NCBI RefSeq assembly: GCF_000172995.2
Contig: NC_014731.1
Span: 240,001-272,000, forward strand
Length of the DNA stretch: 32,000 bases
DNA from: Halogeometricum borinquense DSM 11551
Lineage (GTDB): Archaea > Halobacteriota > Halobacteria > Halobacteriales > Haloferacaceae
Direction: 5' to 3'
Both the position numbers and the translations under genes were made by a program. The notes under the pieces are model-generated. The model worked only from the letters and a program-made list of their open reading frames with translations, was not told where the DNA came from and did no database searches. Position 1 is the stretch's first letter. Each line of letters opens with the position of its first letter. Shown one piece after another: positions 24,536 through 32,000 of the stretch.

Positions 24536-26017
24536 ATGAGTAATCCGGGGAGGCCTCACGGAGACTCTATCGAACGCCGAGTGCAGGGTGACCTTCCCTC
24601 CACCGACGCTGAGACGGCGGCAGCGCGTATCGCTTCCGATGCGACCGTTCTCACGAGCGGGTTCGGGAGTGTCGGGTATCCGAAAGCAATCCCGTTGGCT
24701 CTCGCGAACTCCGACCGCGACCTCAGACTGACGCTCGTAAGCAGTGGGAACGTCGGAGACGAAATCGACGTTGACCTCGTCGAGTCAGGTGCCATCTCAC
24801 GACGGTTCTCGTATCAATCATCCAGCGTCGCTCGACGTGCGACGAACCGGCGCGATATCGCCTTCAGCGACCGAAACGCATCGTCTATCGGTGACGAAGT
24901 ACAGTACGGGGGGATGGTTGATCCCGACGTGGCTATCGTCGAGGCGGTCGCCGTGGGCGAAGGATGGTTCGTTCCGTCAACGTCTGTCGGTCAGGTTCCG
25001 GCGTTCGTCGAAGCCGCCGACGAGCTATTCATCGAACTGAACCACCAACATCCGCTTGGCCTCCAGTCCGTCCACGATATCTACCGTCCCGACTCCCCGC
25101 CGAACCGGACGCCCATCCCACTCACCGACCCGGGTGGCAGAATCGGCACGTCGTACGTCCAGTTCGCCCCGGAAAAGTTGGTTGGCGTCGTCGAAACCGA
25201 CCGCGCGGACTCGACGTACACGTTCCGCGACCCGACAGACGACGATTTAGCGATTGCTGCGAACCTCCGGTCGTTCCTCTCCGATGAGATGGAACGCTCG
25301 CCGGTATTCGACGATGCGATACATCTCCAGTTCGGCGTTGGGTCGCTCGGAAACGCTCTGATGGGCGAACTTAGAGCGCTCGACTTCGGTGACAGAGATG
25401 TCGTCTACTACGGCGAGTTGATCCAAGACGGGCTTCTCGACATGCTCGACTCCGGCAGATTGGCGTCTGCAAGCGCGACTTCGATGGCACTGACCGCAGA
25501 CGGTCAACGACGCCTCTTCGAGGATATCGAGCGGTACGCCGAAGACATCGTTCTCCGCCCGGCGGACGTTGCAAACCACCCCGGACTTATCGATCAGTTC
25601 GGCGTCGTCGGCGTCAACAGCGCCATCGAGTTCGACATCTACGGTAACGTCAACTCGACGCATATCCGTGGAAAGCGGATGGTGAACGGTATCGGCGGAT
25701 CGGCAGACTACAACCGAAACGCGTTGCTTTCGATCTGTGCGCTCCCGTCGGCCCTCGATGATGGAGAGACCTCCCGTGTCGTCCCCATGACGTTCCACGT
25801 CGATCACACAGAACACGACATCGACGTATTCGTCACCGAACAGGGTGTTGCCGACGTACGTGGCTGTTCGCCCGTCGAACGCGCGGAGCGAATCATCGAA
25901 CACTGCGCACATCCGTCGTTCAAGTCGGACTTACAATCGTATTTGGACGATGTGAAGGCACAGTCCAACCACATCCCACACGATGTGGCGCGTGCCGCGG
26001 AGTGGTACGAGTCCTGA
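24536..26017 (+). CDS. acetyl-CoA hydrolase/transferase family protein (Cat1/AarC-like CoA-transferase)
   Basis: 493 aa. The N-terminus TVLTSGFGSVGYPKAIPLAL and the C-terminal GxGG motif NGIGGSADYNRNA fit succinyl-CoA:acetate type CoA-transferases. Confidence 0.85.
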   Translation: MSNPGRPHGDSIERRVQGDLPSTDAETAAARIASDATVLTSGFGSVGYPKAIPLALANSDRDLRLTLVSSGNVGDEIDVDLVESGAISRRFSYQSSSVARRATNRRDIAFSDRNASSIGDEVQYGGMVDPDVAIVEAVAVGEGWFVPSTSVGQVPAFVEAADELFIELNHQHPLGLQSVHDIYRPDSPPNRTPIPLTDPGGRIGTSYVQFAPEKLVGVVETDRADSTYTFRDPTDDDLAIAANLRSFLSDEMERSPVFDDAIHLQFGVGSLGNALMGELRALDFGDRDVVYYGELIQDGLLDMLDSGRLASASATSMALTADGQRRLFEDIERYAEDIVLRPADVANHPGLIDQFGVVGVNSAIEFDIYGNVNSTHIRGKRMVNGIGGSADYNRNALLSICALPSALDDGETSRVVPMTFHVDHTEHDIDVFVTEQGVADVRGCSPVERAERIIEHCAHPSFKSDLQSYLDDVKAQSNHIPHDVARAAEWYES

Positions 26018-26044
26018 GAGATTGGCGACTCGTCTCCCGGTTCT

Positions 26045-26260
26045 CTATCCACCCGCGATCAGAAACAGAAAGAGCCAGTAGAGAAATCCGCTGGTAAGAA
26101 TGACAGCGACGATCCCTTCGAGGACGTTGGTGTAGGTTTCCCCGTAGGTCTCCCGGAACCGCTGGACTGCTTGGAACCGGTTCCAGATCGGCATGAGCGG
26201 TTCCGGAACGAACGCTTCGAATCCACCGACGTTCTCGGTTGTTCCGTCAGTTGCACTCAT
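26045..26260 (-). CDS. small membrane protein, translationally coupled to the TRAP permease (function unknown)
   Basis: 71 aa. A soluble N-terminal part is followed by one C-terminal hydrophobic helix (GIVAVILTSGFLYWLFLFLIAGG). It shares an ATGA start/stop overlap with the permease gene at 26257-26260. Confidence 0.55.
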   Translation of the reverse strand: MSATDGTTENVGGFEAFVPEPLMPIWNRFQAVQRFRETYGETYTNVLEGIVAVILTSGFLYWLFLFLIAGG

Positions 26261-28251
26261 TGGTCTACCCCCGAAGAGAAGGGAAGCTTCTTTCCGTCAG
26301 TCATCATCTTCTCTGCGACGAACACGCCGACGAACACGAGTCCTCCGGCGGCCTTCGCTATCTGCCCCGGATAGACCATCACGAACATCCCGAGGACAGT
26401 CAGTGACAGTCGAAGTGCGGTACGGGGACCGGCGTTGATTTTGAACGGATAGTTGAGGCCGTATATCATCGTAATACTTCCCATTAGCACCAACGTCCCG
26501 GCGACGAGCCCGGGTGTCGTGAGATCCATCGAGATCATCGCGGGGTTGTAGACGAATGCGATGGGGAGGATGAAAAGCGGCGCGGCGATCTTGATCGCAG
26601 CACCGCACACCCGCCAGAAATTCGCCTCCGCGATACCCGCTGTGACCACCGCAGCCGTTGCGACGGGCGGCGTGATGCCAGCCAGAATAGCCGCGTAGAA
26701 CACTGTGTAGTGTGCGGCAATCTTCGGGATTCCGAAGTCGGTGACGAGTGTCGGTGCGATGAGGATTGCGACGATAACGTACGCTGCGACGGTCGGCATG
26801 CCCACGCCCATTAGAATCGAAACGAGCATCGCCAAGAGAACGGCGAGCAGCAGCATCCCGCCCGAAAGATCCATGAGAAGCAGTGCGATCTTGTTCGGCA
26901 CGCCAGTTACGCTGAAGATGTCGATGACGCCGTTGACTGCCACGAGGATGATCGCGATGGGCGCGAGGATGATTGCCCCCCGACGGAAGCCGTGAACAGT
27001 GTTGCGGAGTTGCTGGACGATTTCCGTTCCCGGAGACGTGCTGGTGTTATCAACGAGTCGTTGCACAACCGGGATTGTGACACCGCAGACGACCATCGAC
27101 ACGATTGTCCACAGCGCAGCGGTCATGACTGTGAACTGGAGGATTCCTAAGAGGTAAATCAGGACGCAGAACGGAATGCCGAACCGAACCGACTCGAACG
27201 CCTTCTGCCTCGTCGTGAGTTCGTCGTCGAAGAACTCCTCGAAGTCCATCCCCTGACTACTGGCGTCGCTGATGGCGACGTAGTGGACGGCAATACCGAT
27301 ACAGGCCACCAGTATCGCAGCGGGAATCAGTCCCGCAGTAACGATGTCGAGGTAAGAGACTTGGAGATACGACGCCATGACGAATGCGGACGCTCCCATG
27401 ACCGGCGGCAGCACTTGTCCCGATGTCGAAGCCACCGACTCGATACCTGCGGCTCGGTGAGAAGACATTCCGCTGTCTTTCATGGTCGGAATCGTGAACG
27501 ACCCGGTCATTGCGGCATTGGCGGTGTAGGACCCGTTGATAGAGCCGATGACTGCCGACGCCAACACAGCCGTTTGTGCGACACCGGACTCGATATACTT
27601 CCCCGACTGGATTGCGACCCGGAGAATCAGGTCGAACGCACCATAGCCGAACAGCAGTCCGGCATACAGTAGAAACGGTGCAATCCACGCCGCCGTCAGT
27701 TGTGTGAGGCTTCCATAGAATCCGTAGAGATCCGTGACGAGCGATTGTAGAAGCGTCAACTCCGTCATCCCGCCGTGGTTCAAAATCCCCGGTGCGTAGT
27801 TGCCGTACATGCCGTATACGATTGCACCGCCGACGAGTCCGAGAAAGAGATTCCCGAACTCTCGCCACGTGAGATAGAGAATCGAGAGGATAACGAGTCG
27901 CGCGAGCATGTACTCGTGCTCTAACGCGTACCCCTGCTGCATGACATACACCTGTTGGAAGTTCGTTGCGAAGTACAACGATGCGCTGATCAGGATAATC
28001 GCCGACGGGAGAAGAACCGCGGCGTCGATCCGGTTGCCGTCTTCGAGCGCCTGTCGTGTTTGATCGAGTGCGTAGACGCTCATGATGCCGCCGACGAAGA
28101 TGACACCGTACTTGACACGCGACATCTCCTGTGTGTATGCCCACCCGAGGACGATGAGCCAAAACACGATGGCGCTCATCGTGACGCTCACGTCTAATCC
28201 GCGTGTGACTCTGGTTCTGAAACTACGCTGTTGGTCTGTCTTTGAACTCAT
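26257..28251 (-). CDS. TRAP transporter fused permease (4TM/12TM DctQM-type fusion, TAXI subtype)
   Basis: 664 aa and highly hydrophobic throughout. Its size and its position 24 nt downstream of a TAXI-type binding protein gene fit the fused TAXI-TRAP membrane component. Confidence 0.9.
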   Translation of the reverse strand: MSSKTDQQRSFRTRVTRGLDVSVTMSAIVFWLIVLGWAYTQEMSRVKYGVIFVGGIMSVYALDQTRQALEDGNRIDAAVLLPSAIILISASLYFATNFQQVYVMQQGYALEHEYMLARLVILSILYLTWREFGNLFLGLVGGAIVYGMYGNYAPGILNHGGMTELTLLQSLVTDLYGFYGSLTQLTAAWIAPFLLYAGLLFGYGAFDLILRVAIQSGKYIESGVAQTAVLASAVIGSINGSYTANAAMTGSFTIPTMKDSGMSSHRAAGIESVASTSGQVLPPVMGASAFVMASYLQVSYLDIVTAGLIPAAILVACIGIAVHYVAISDASSQGMDFEEFFDDELTTRQKAFESVRFGIPFCVLIYLLGILQFTVMTAALWTIVSMVVCGVTIPVVQRLVDNTSTSPGTEIVQQLRNTVHGFRRGAIILAPIAIILVAVNGVIDIFSVTGVPNKIALLLMDLSGGMLLLAVLLAMLVSILMGVGMPTVAAYVIVAILIAPTLVTDFGIPKIAAHYTVFYAAILAGITPPVATAAVVTAGIAEANFWRVCGAAIKIAAPLFILPIAFVYNPAMISMDLTTPGLVAGTLVLMGSITMIYGLNYPFKINAGPRTALRLSLTVLGMFVMVYPGQIAKAAGGLVFVGVFVAEKMMTDGKKLPFSSGVDQ

Positions 28252-28275
28252 TTTTACTCACTGTTGATATTCCGC

Positions 28276-29379
28276 TTATTCACCGACTGAGAGGCTCTCG
28301 TCCCACGCCTCGTTCTCCTTGTAGTACTTTGCTGCTCCGGGGTGGACCGGGATCTTCTCACGGGCGGATCCGAGCATGTCTGCGGTGGATTCGAAGTCGT
28401 TGAACTGCGCTTCGGCTTCGTTCACCACGTCGTTGTGTTCATCCACGACGCGACACAGTTCGTAGACCGCATCCGCGTTCGCCTCCGGCGTGAAGGTGTA
28501 GTTAACCTCGAGGTCCCACGTGAACACTTCGTCAGTTCCGATGTCTTGTTGCATGCTCCAGTCACTCATCGATATTGTCGATGATCCCGCGCCGCTGTAT
28601 GTCGCAACGGACTCTTTGAGTGCATCTGTCGGTTCGACGTAGTGAACGTCGAGACGTGCGTCGTATTCAGTCACCCAGCCTGTATATCCCGCACCGGGCG
28701 TTCCATACGCAATCGCGGCGTCGATTCGGCCTTCTTCCATCGCACCGGGTGCGTCGCCGACACCCATATTCTGGATGTTCATCTGCTCGTAGATTTCCTT
28801 GGTCGGATCCTGTGACCAGACGTCGAGCGTCGTCGCACGCGTCGAGTATCCCGGCTCTGCGGGGTAGACATTTTTCCCCGCGAGATCATCGAACGTCTCG
28901 ATGTCTGTTCCGTCACGAGCGATGAGGTAGATGCTGTAGGGGAAGGCGTAAAACCCGTAGTACGGGATCTCATCTACCGATTTATCGGAGAAACTTCCGC
29001 GGTCGGTGAGCGCCTTCGTCAGTGAGTTGTTGTCCGTGATGCCGCCGCTGAATTGGTCTTGGGCCATCCGGTAGATGGTGCCCACGTAGCCCGGACTCTC
29101 GACTGTGGCGTAGTCGAGTTTATCGCTGTGCTGACTGACCGTCCGCTCGACCGCCAAACCGACGTTTTTCGTCCCACCGGCGGATGTTCCGATGCGGAGT
29201 GACAACTCGCCACCTCCGCTGTCACCGGTTCCGCTTTGATCGCCACTGCCCCCGCCTGAGCCACCACCGGGGGAGTTGCTGGTATCTCCAGTACTGCTGG
29301 AGCAGCCAGCAAGCCCGACTATTCCAGCAGTTGTTGCGCCATACAGGAACTCACGTCGTTGTAATGTATCATCAACCAT
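28276..29379 (-). CDS. TAXI-family TRAP transporter solute-binding lipoprotein (Tat signal plus lipobox)
   Basis: 367 aa. The N-terminus MVDDTLQRREFLYGATTAGIVGLAGCSS contains a twin-arginine motif and an LAGC lipobox. A Gly/Ser/Asp-rich linker and a periplasmic-binding-protein-like body follow. The family call rests mainly on operon context. Confidence 0.8.
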   Translation of the reverse strand: MVDDTLQRREFLYGATTAGIVGLAGCSSSTGDTSNSPGGGSGGGSGDQSGTGDSGGGELSLRIGTSAGGTKNVGLAVERTVSQHSDKLDYATVESPGYVGTIYRMAQDQFSGGITDNNSLTKALTDRGSFSDKSVDEIPYYGFYAFPYSIYLIARDGTDIETFDDLAGKNVYPAEPGYSTRATTLDVWSQDPTKEIYEQMNIQNMGVGDAPGAMEEGRIDAAIAYGTPGAGYTGWVTEYDARLDVHYVEPTDALKESVATYSGAGSSTISMSDWSMQQDIGTDEVFTWDLEVNYTFTPEANADAVYELCRVVDEHNDVVNEAEAQFNDFESTADMLGSAREKIPVHPGAAKYYKENEAWDESLSVGE

Positions 29380-29526
29380 GGTTGTATGTGACTACCAGAC
29401 ACAAGTATCAAATATTCATATTTATAGCTTATGATGAACAATCGTGATAGCAAATCGGTCCCTGCTATTATTTCTCGTCTCCGAACAGCAACTCCTTCTG
29501 ATTTCGTGTCCGATGATATCGAACAT

Positions 29527-29534
29527 TCTTTATG
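29527..29534 (+). promoter_or_regulatory. putative TATA-like box for the third IclR gene
   Basis: TCTTTATG is centred about 26 nt upstream of the ATG at 29557. This supports the trimmed start. Confidence 0.35.
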
Positions 29535-29556
29535 GTATTCGTTGGTATCAATAGTC

Positions 29557-30333
29557 ATGATAAACGAAGACAACGGGGGTGTGCCCGACACCGTTCAATC
29601 GGCGCGGACGCTGTTCGATGTCCTGCAGTGCGTCAAGGAAGATCAGGGGAAGACGGTCTCTGAGGTTTCAGACGACCTTGAGTATGCGAGAAGTACGGTA
29701 CATAGACACCTTCGGACTCTCGAAGATCTCGGGTATTTGATCCACCGTCCCGATGGATATCACGTCGGACTCAAATTTCTCGACTTGGGTGTGAGTGCGA
29801 GAGACAATTACGTCGGCTACGACCTCATCCGTGAGAAAGTCGAAGAGATTGCGGAGACGACCGGTGAACGCTGCCAGTTCTTTGTCGAAGAGCACGCGGA
29901 AGCAGTCTATCTCGCTCGCTCTGTGGGTGAGCATGCTGTGCAAACTGATCCCGGACTCGGTAGTCGTATTCCCCTCTACGCTGCGTCTGCGGGCAAAGCG
30001 ATTCTCGCCGAACTCCCCGAGCAGGAACTGTCCGAGTACATCGAACAGGTCGAGTTCGAGCAACTAACTGAGAACACGATTACCGATCCTGCGGTACTGC
30101 GTGACGAGTTAGCAGAGATACGCGAGCGAGGGTACGGCTTTAACAGACAGGAGACGGTCCGTGGGACGCATGCGGTCGGTGTCGCTGTGACGGCCCCCGA
30201 AGGCGGAGCAATTGGTGGACTCAGTGTCACCGGACCATCTCACCGTTTGAAGGGTGACCAGTTCGAAAACGTTCTTCCAAACCTGCTTTTGGGCGCTGCA
30301 AACGAACTCGAACTAAACATCGCGTTCTCTTGA
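29557..30333 (+). CDS. IclR-family transcriptional regulator
   Basis: Trimmed from track ORF 29431..30333 to MINEDNGG..., giving 258 aa (the paralog at 17509 is 259 aa). It has the wHTH VSEVSDDLEYARSTVHRHLRTLEDLGYL and the effector domain SAGKAILAEL, ERGYGFN, THAVGVAV, GGLSVTGP. It is divergent from the TAXI-TRAP operon. Confidence 0.88.
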   Translation: MINEDNGGVPDTVQSARTLFDVLQCVKEDQGKTVSEVSDDLEYARSTVHRHLRTLEDLGYLIHRPDGYHVGLKFLDLGVSARDNYVGYDLIREKVEEIAETTGERCQFFVEEHAEAVYLARSVGEHAVQTDPGLGSRIPLYAASAGKAILAELPEQELSEYIEQVEFEQLTENTITDPAVLRDELAEIRERGYGFNRQETVRGTHAVGVAVTAPEGGAIGGLSVTGPSHRLKGDQFENVLPNLLLGAANELELNIAFS

Positions 30334-30894
30334 GGAACTGAACGGGTACGACCCAGCCCTCGCTGTTCCGTGTTTCACCGTCTTTACTTGAGATGTCCGA
30401 TGGTATCGGACACGATTAGTTCTCCGTCGTCGCTGAACTAGCTGAGTGTGCTGTGAGAACTGACTCCTGTCGTCGTAGACCGACGGTGTCGCTGAGTCGT
30501 GGACGCTCACAACTGTCGCTCACGTCTCGTAGATTACATCCGTATGAATGTAATGCTATTACTCAAAGCCCACCTTCGAGACGGGCGGTGATAGTGGTGA
30601 TGACAGACGCAACAGCAGGTGGCGATCTGTGGGCAAAAACAGACTGTACAGATTTGATCTATCTGGCTCGCTATCTGAATATAATCTGGCGGATTTTGGT
30701 CACTTATCCGGCTCTTGAGTTTGATTCACCGAACTAGCTGAGGATATACTGACATATTATCTCTACTTACTCACGTATCGGATATCGTTATATCTGTTTT
30801 ACACATAGACTTCGTTGATATCCTGTCAATTCGAACATATATCCGCTCATTCTACGTTCGATTTCCTGATTCTCTAATAGAATCCCGTCGGTGA

Positions 30895-32000
30895 TCAGGT
30901 CCAGAGACGTTTGTCAAACGCTTGGTCTACGGAGCTATTTGCGGCCGCTGCGCCGACCTCGCTTGTAAAGACAGCAGGATCGCCGCCACCGCGTTTGATG
31001 GTGTTTAGCGCGGAGGTGAGGTCGGGACTCCCACGCTCGAATACGAACGATCCGACTGCGATCCGTCCGGGAAGGTCCTTCTGAAATAGAGGTGGTCCGA
31101 TGTCCGACGTTTGCTCGTGAGCGAGGACAGTCCGAGCGACAGTCGCATTCCCGTATTCGACGTACGTGAAGTACGTCGTGAAGTTCGCGGACGGAGTCAG
31201 GCCTCCTGCATCGACGTTGCTATCGGTAAGTTGGACGACGAAGAGGCTACCTGAGACCGAGCGGATTGTCTCGTGCTGTTCGACTGTTGCACCGCGCTCG
31301 TTGAATTTTGTCACCAGTTGATCGGAGAGCGCCTCTCGAACGTCCGGGTTTCCGCCTTTGACGACGACGTGAACCGTTTCGTCAGAAACGTCGGGAACAC
31401 CGGCGTTTGCTTCGGAACCTGTTGTTTCTGCTGGTGTTGTCGAGGTGTAGTACTCACCGGAAACAGCGGGACTGTACGCCAGAGCGACTGGTGTTGCACA
31501 CACTCCTGTCAGGAGTACGATTGTCGTTAGCAGTGTCTTCCTCGTCATTGGGTCGAGGACGGGGCTTGTATCCCGCGAATTGGGGGACTGTGAATCGTCG
31601 TTTGAGACGTACGATACGACGAGCGTCGTGATTGCCCCAGCAAACGCCACAAGTGAATTCGGGCTGCTTGCTACCTGTCCTTCTGGTATTTGCTGGACCG
31701 CTTCGAGTACGCTCGTCGTTGCTTGCAGTACGACGCCGATAAGTGCGATAACGCCGATAGCTCCCAGAAATCGCTTGAACATCGAAAAGAGACCGTCTTT
31801 CCGATCGTCAGTTCCGATGAAGACGACGGCGGCGTTCTCGCTCGGCGCGTATATCTGCATCTCCTTCCCACGAGACGAATACTGGGTGTCCACAACTCGA
31901 GCGAGGTCGGTCTCTTCGAGTTTCTCCAGATGGTACATCGCGTTCTGGATGGACGTCTCGGTCTGGTCGGCGAGTTCTGTCGGCGTACTCGGACTGCGGT
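30895..32000 (-). CDS. membrane-anchored wHTH protein: N-terminal ArsR-like HTH, three predicted TM helices, C-terminal extracytoplasmic domain (5' end beyond window)
   Basis: The track ORF starts at M (31938), but the frame stays open to the window edge. It reads ...RSPSTPTELADQTETSIQNAMYHLEKLEETDLARVVDTQYSSRGKEMQIY, an HTH plus wing pattern. The hydrophobic segments are FLGAIGVIALIGVVLQATTSVL, LVAFAGAITTLVVSYV and LLTTIVLLTGVCATPVALAY. A Thr/Ser linker and a domain of about 190 aa of unknown fold follow. Confidence 0.65.
   Translation of the reverse strand, partial: RSPSTPTELADQTETSIQNAMYHLEKLEETDLARVVDTQYSSRGKEMQIYAPSENAAVVFIGTDDRKDGLFSMFKRFLGAIGVIALIGVVLQATTSVLEAVQQIPEGQVASSPNSLVAFAGAITTLVVSYVSNDDSQSPNSRDTSPVLDPMTRKTLLTTIVLLTGVCATPVALAYSPAVSGEYYTSTTPAETTGSEANAGVPDVSDETVHVVVKGGNPDVREALSDQLVTKFNERGATVEQHETIRSVSGSLFVVQLTDSNVDAGGLTPSANFTTYFTYVEYGNATVARTVLAHEQTSDIGPPLFQKDLPGRIAVGSFVFERGSPDLTSALNTIKRGGGDPAVFTSEVGAAAANSSVDQAFDKRLWT

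Noticed and set aside
29431-29556. 42-codon upstream extension of the third IclR gene
   Set aside because: The region is AT-rich with non-halophilic composition. The trimmed protein (258 aa) matches the paralog length (259 aa), and a TATA-like box sits 26 nt before 29557.
30435-30742. The 12-nt direct repeats GAACTAGCTGAG as target-site duplications of a MITE-like insertion
   Set aside because: The 284-bp segment between them has no terminal inverted repeats, and I see no second copy in this window. I keep it only as a low-interest note.

Overview
The window looks like a catabolic or accessory region of a haloarchaeon (class Halobacteria). This is an inference from four things: strongly acidic predicted proteins, a twin-arginine plus lipobox signal peptide, an NpdG-type F420 reductase, and AT-rich TATA-like boxes centred about 25-31 nt upstream of many ATGs (leaderless-type architecture). 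Coding DNA is roughly 60% GC by hand count, interrupted by spacer islands of about 25-35% GC.

I can support 26 protein-coding genes, two of them truncated by the window edges:
- Three IclR regulators and two other wHTH proteins.
- An MSOX/SolA-type flavoprotein, an ALS-like TPP enzyme and an SDR epimerase.
- An overlapping pair made of a tandem-EthD protein and an HD-domain protein.
- An atypical M24 hydrolase and an LLM oxidoreductase.
- A 2-oxoacid dehydrogenase E1 alpha/beta pair with no E2 or E3.
- An NSS transporter, a class I aminotransferase and an aldehyde dehydrogenase.
- NpdG, a small Cys-rich protein and a CBS-less IMPDH/GMPR homolog.
- A tight lhgO / gcdH / CoA-transferase module.
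- A TAXI-TRAP transporter with an extra small membrane ORF.

I found no rRNA, tRNA, CRISPR array, transposase or integrase, and I did not recognise a defence or toxin type system.

The least ordinary items are:
- A perfect (GTACC)~22 pentanucleotide tract that probably lies in a transcribed leader.
- The glutaryl-CoA/2-hydroxyglutarate module, and a wider set of genes compatible with a lysine/pipecolate-to-glutaryl-CoA route.
- The EthD-EthD/HD pair.
- An M24 enzyme with an incomplete metal site.
- A membrane-tethered wHTH protein at the right edge.
- Several long ORF-free AT-rich spacers.

All functional calls rest on motif recognition by eye. No database search was run.
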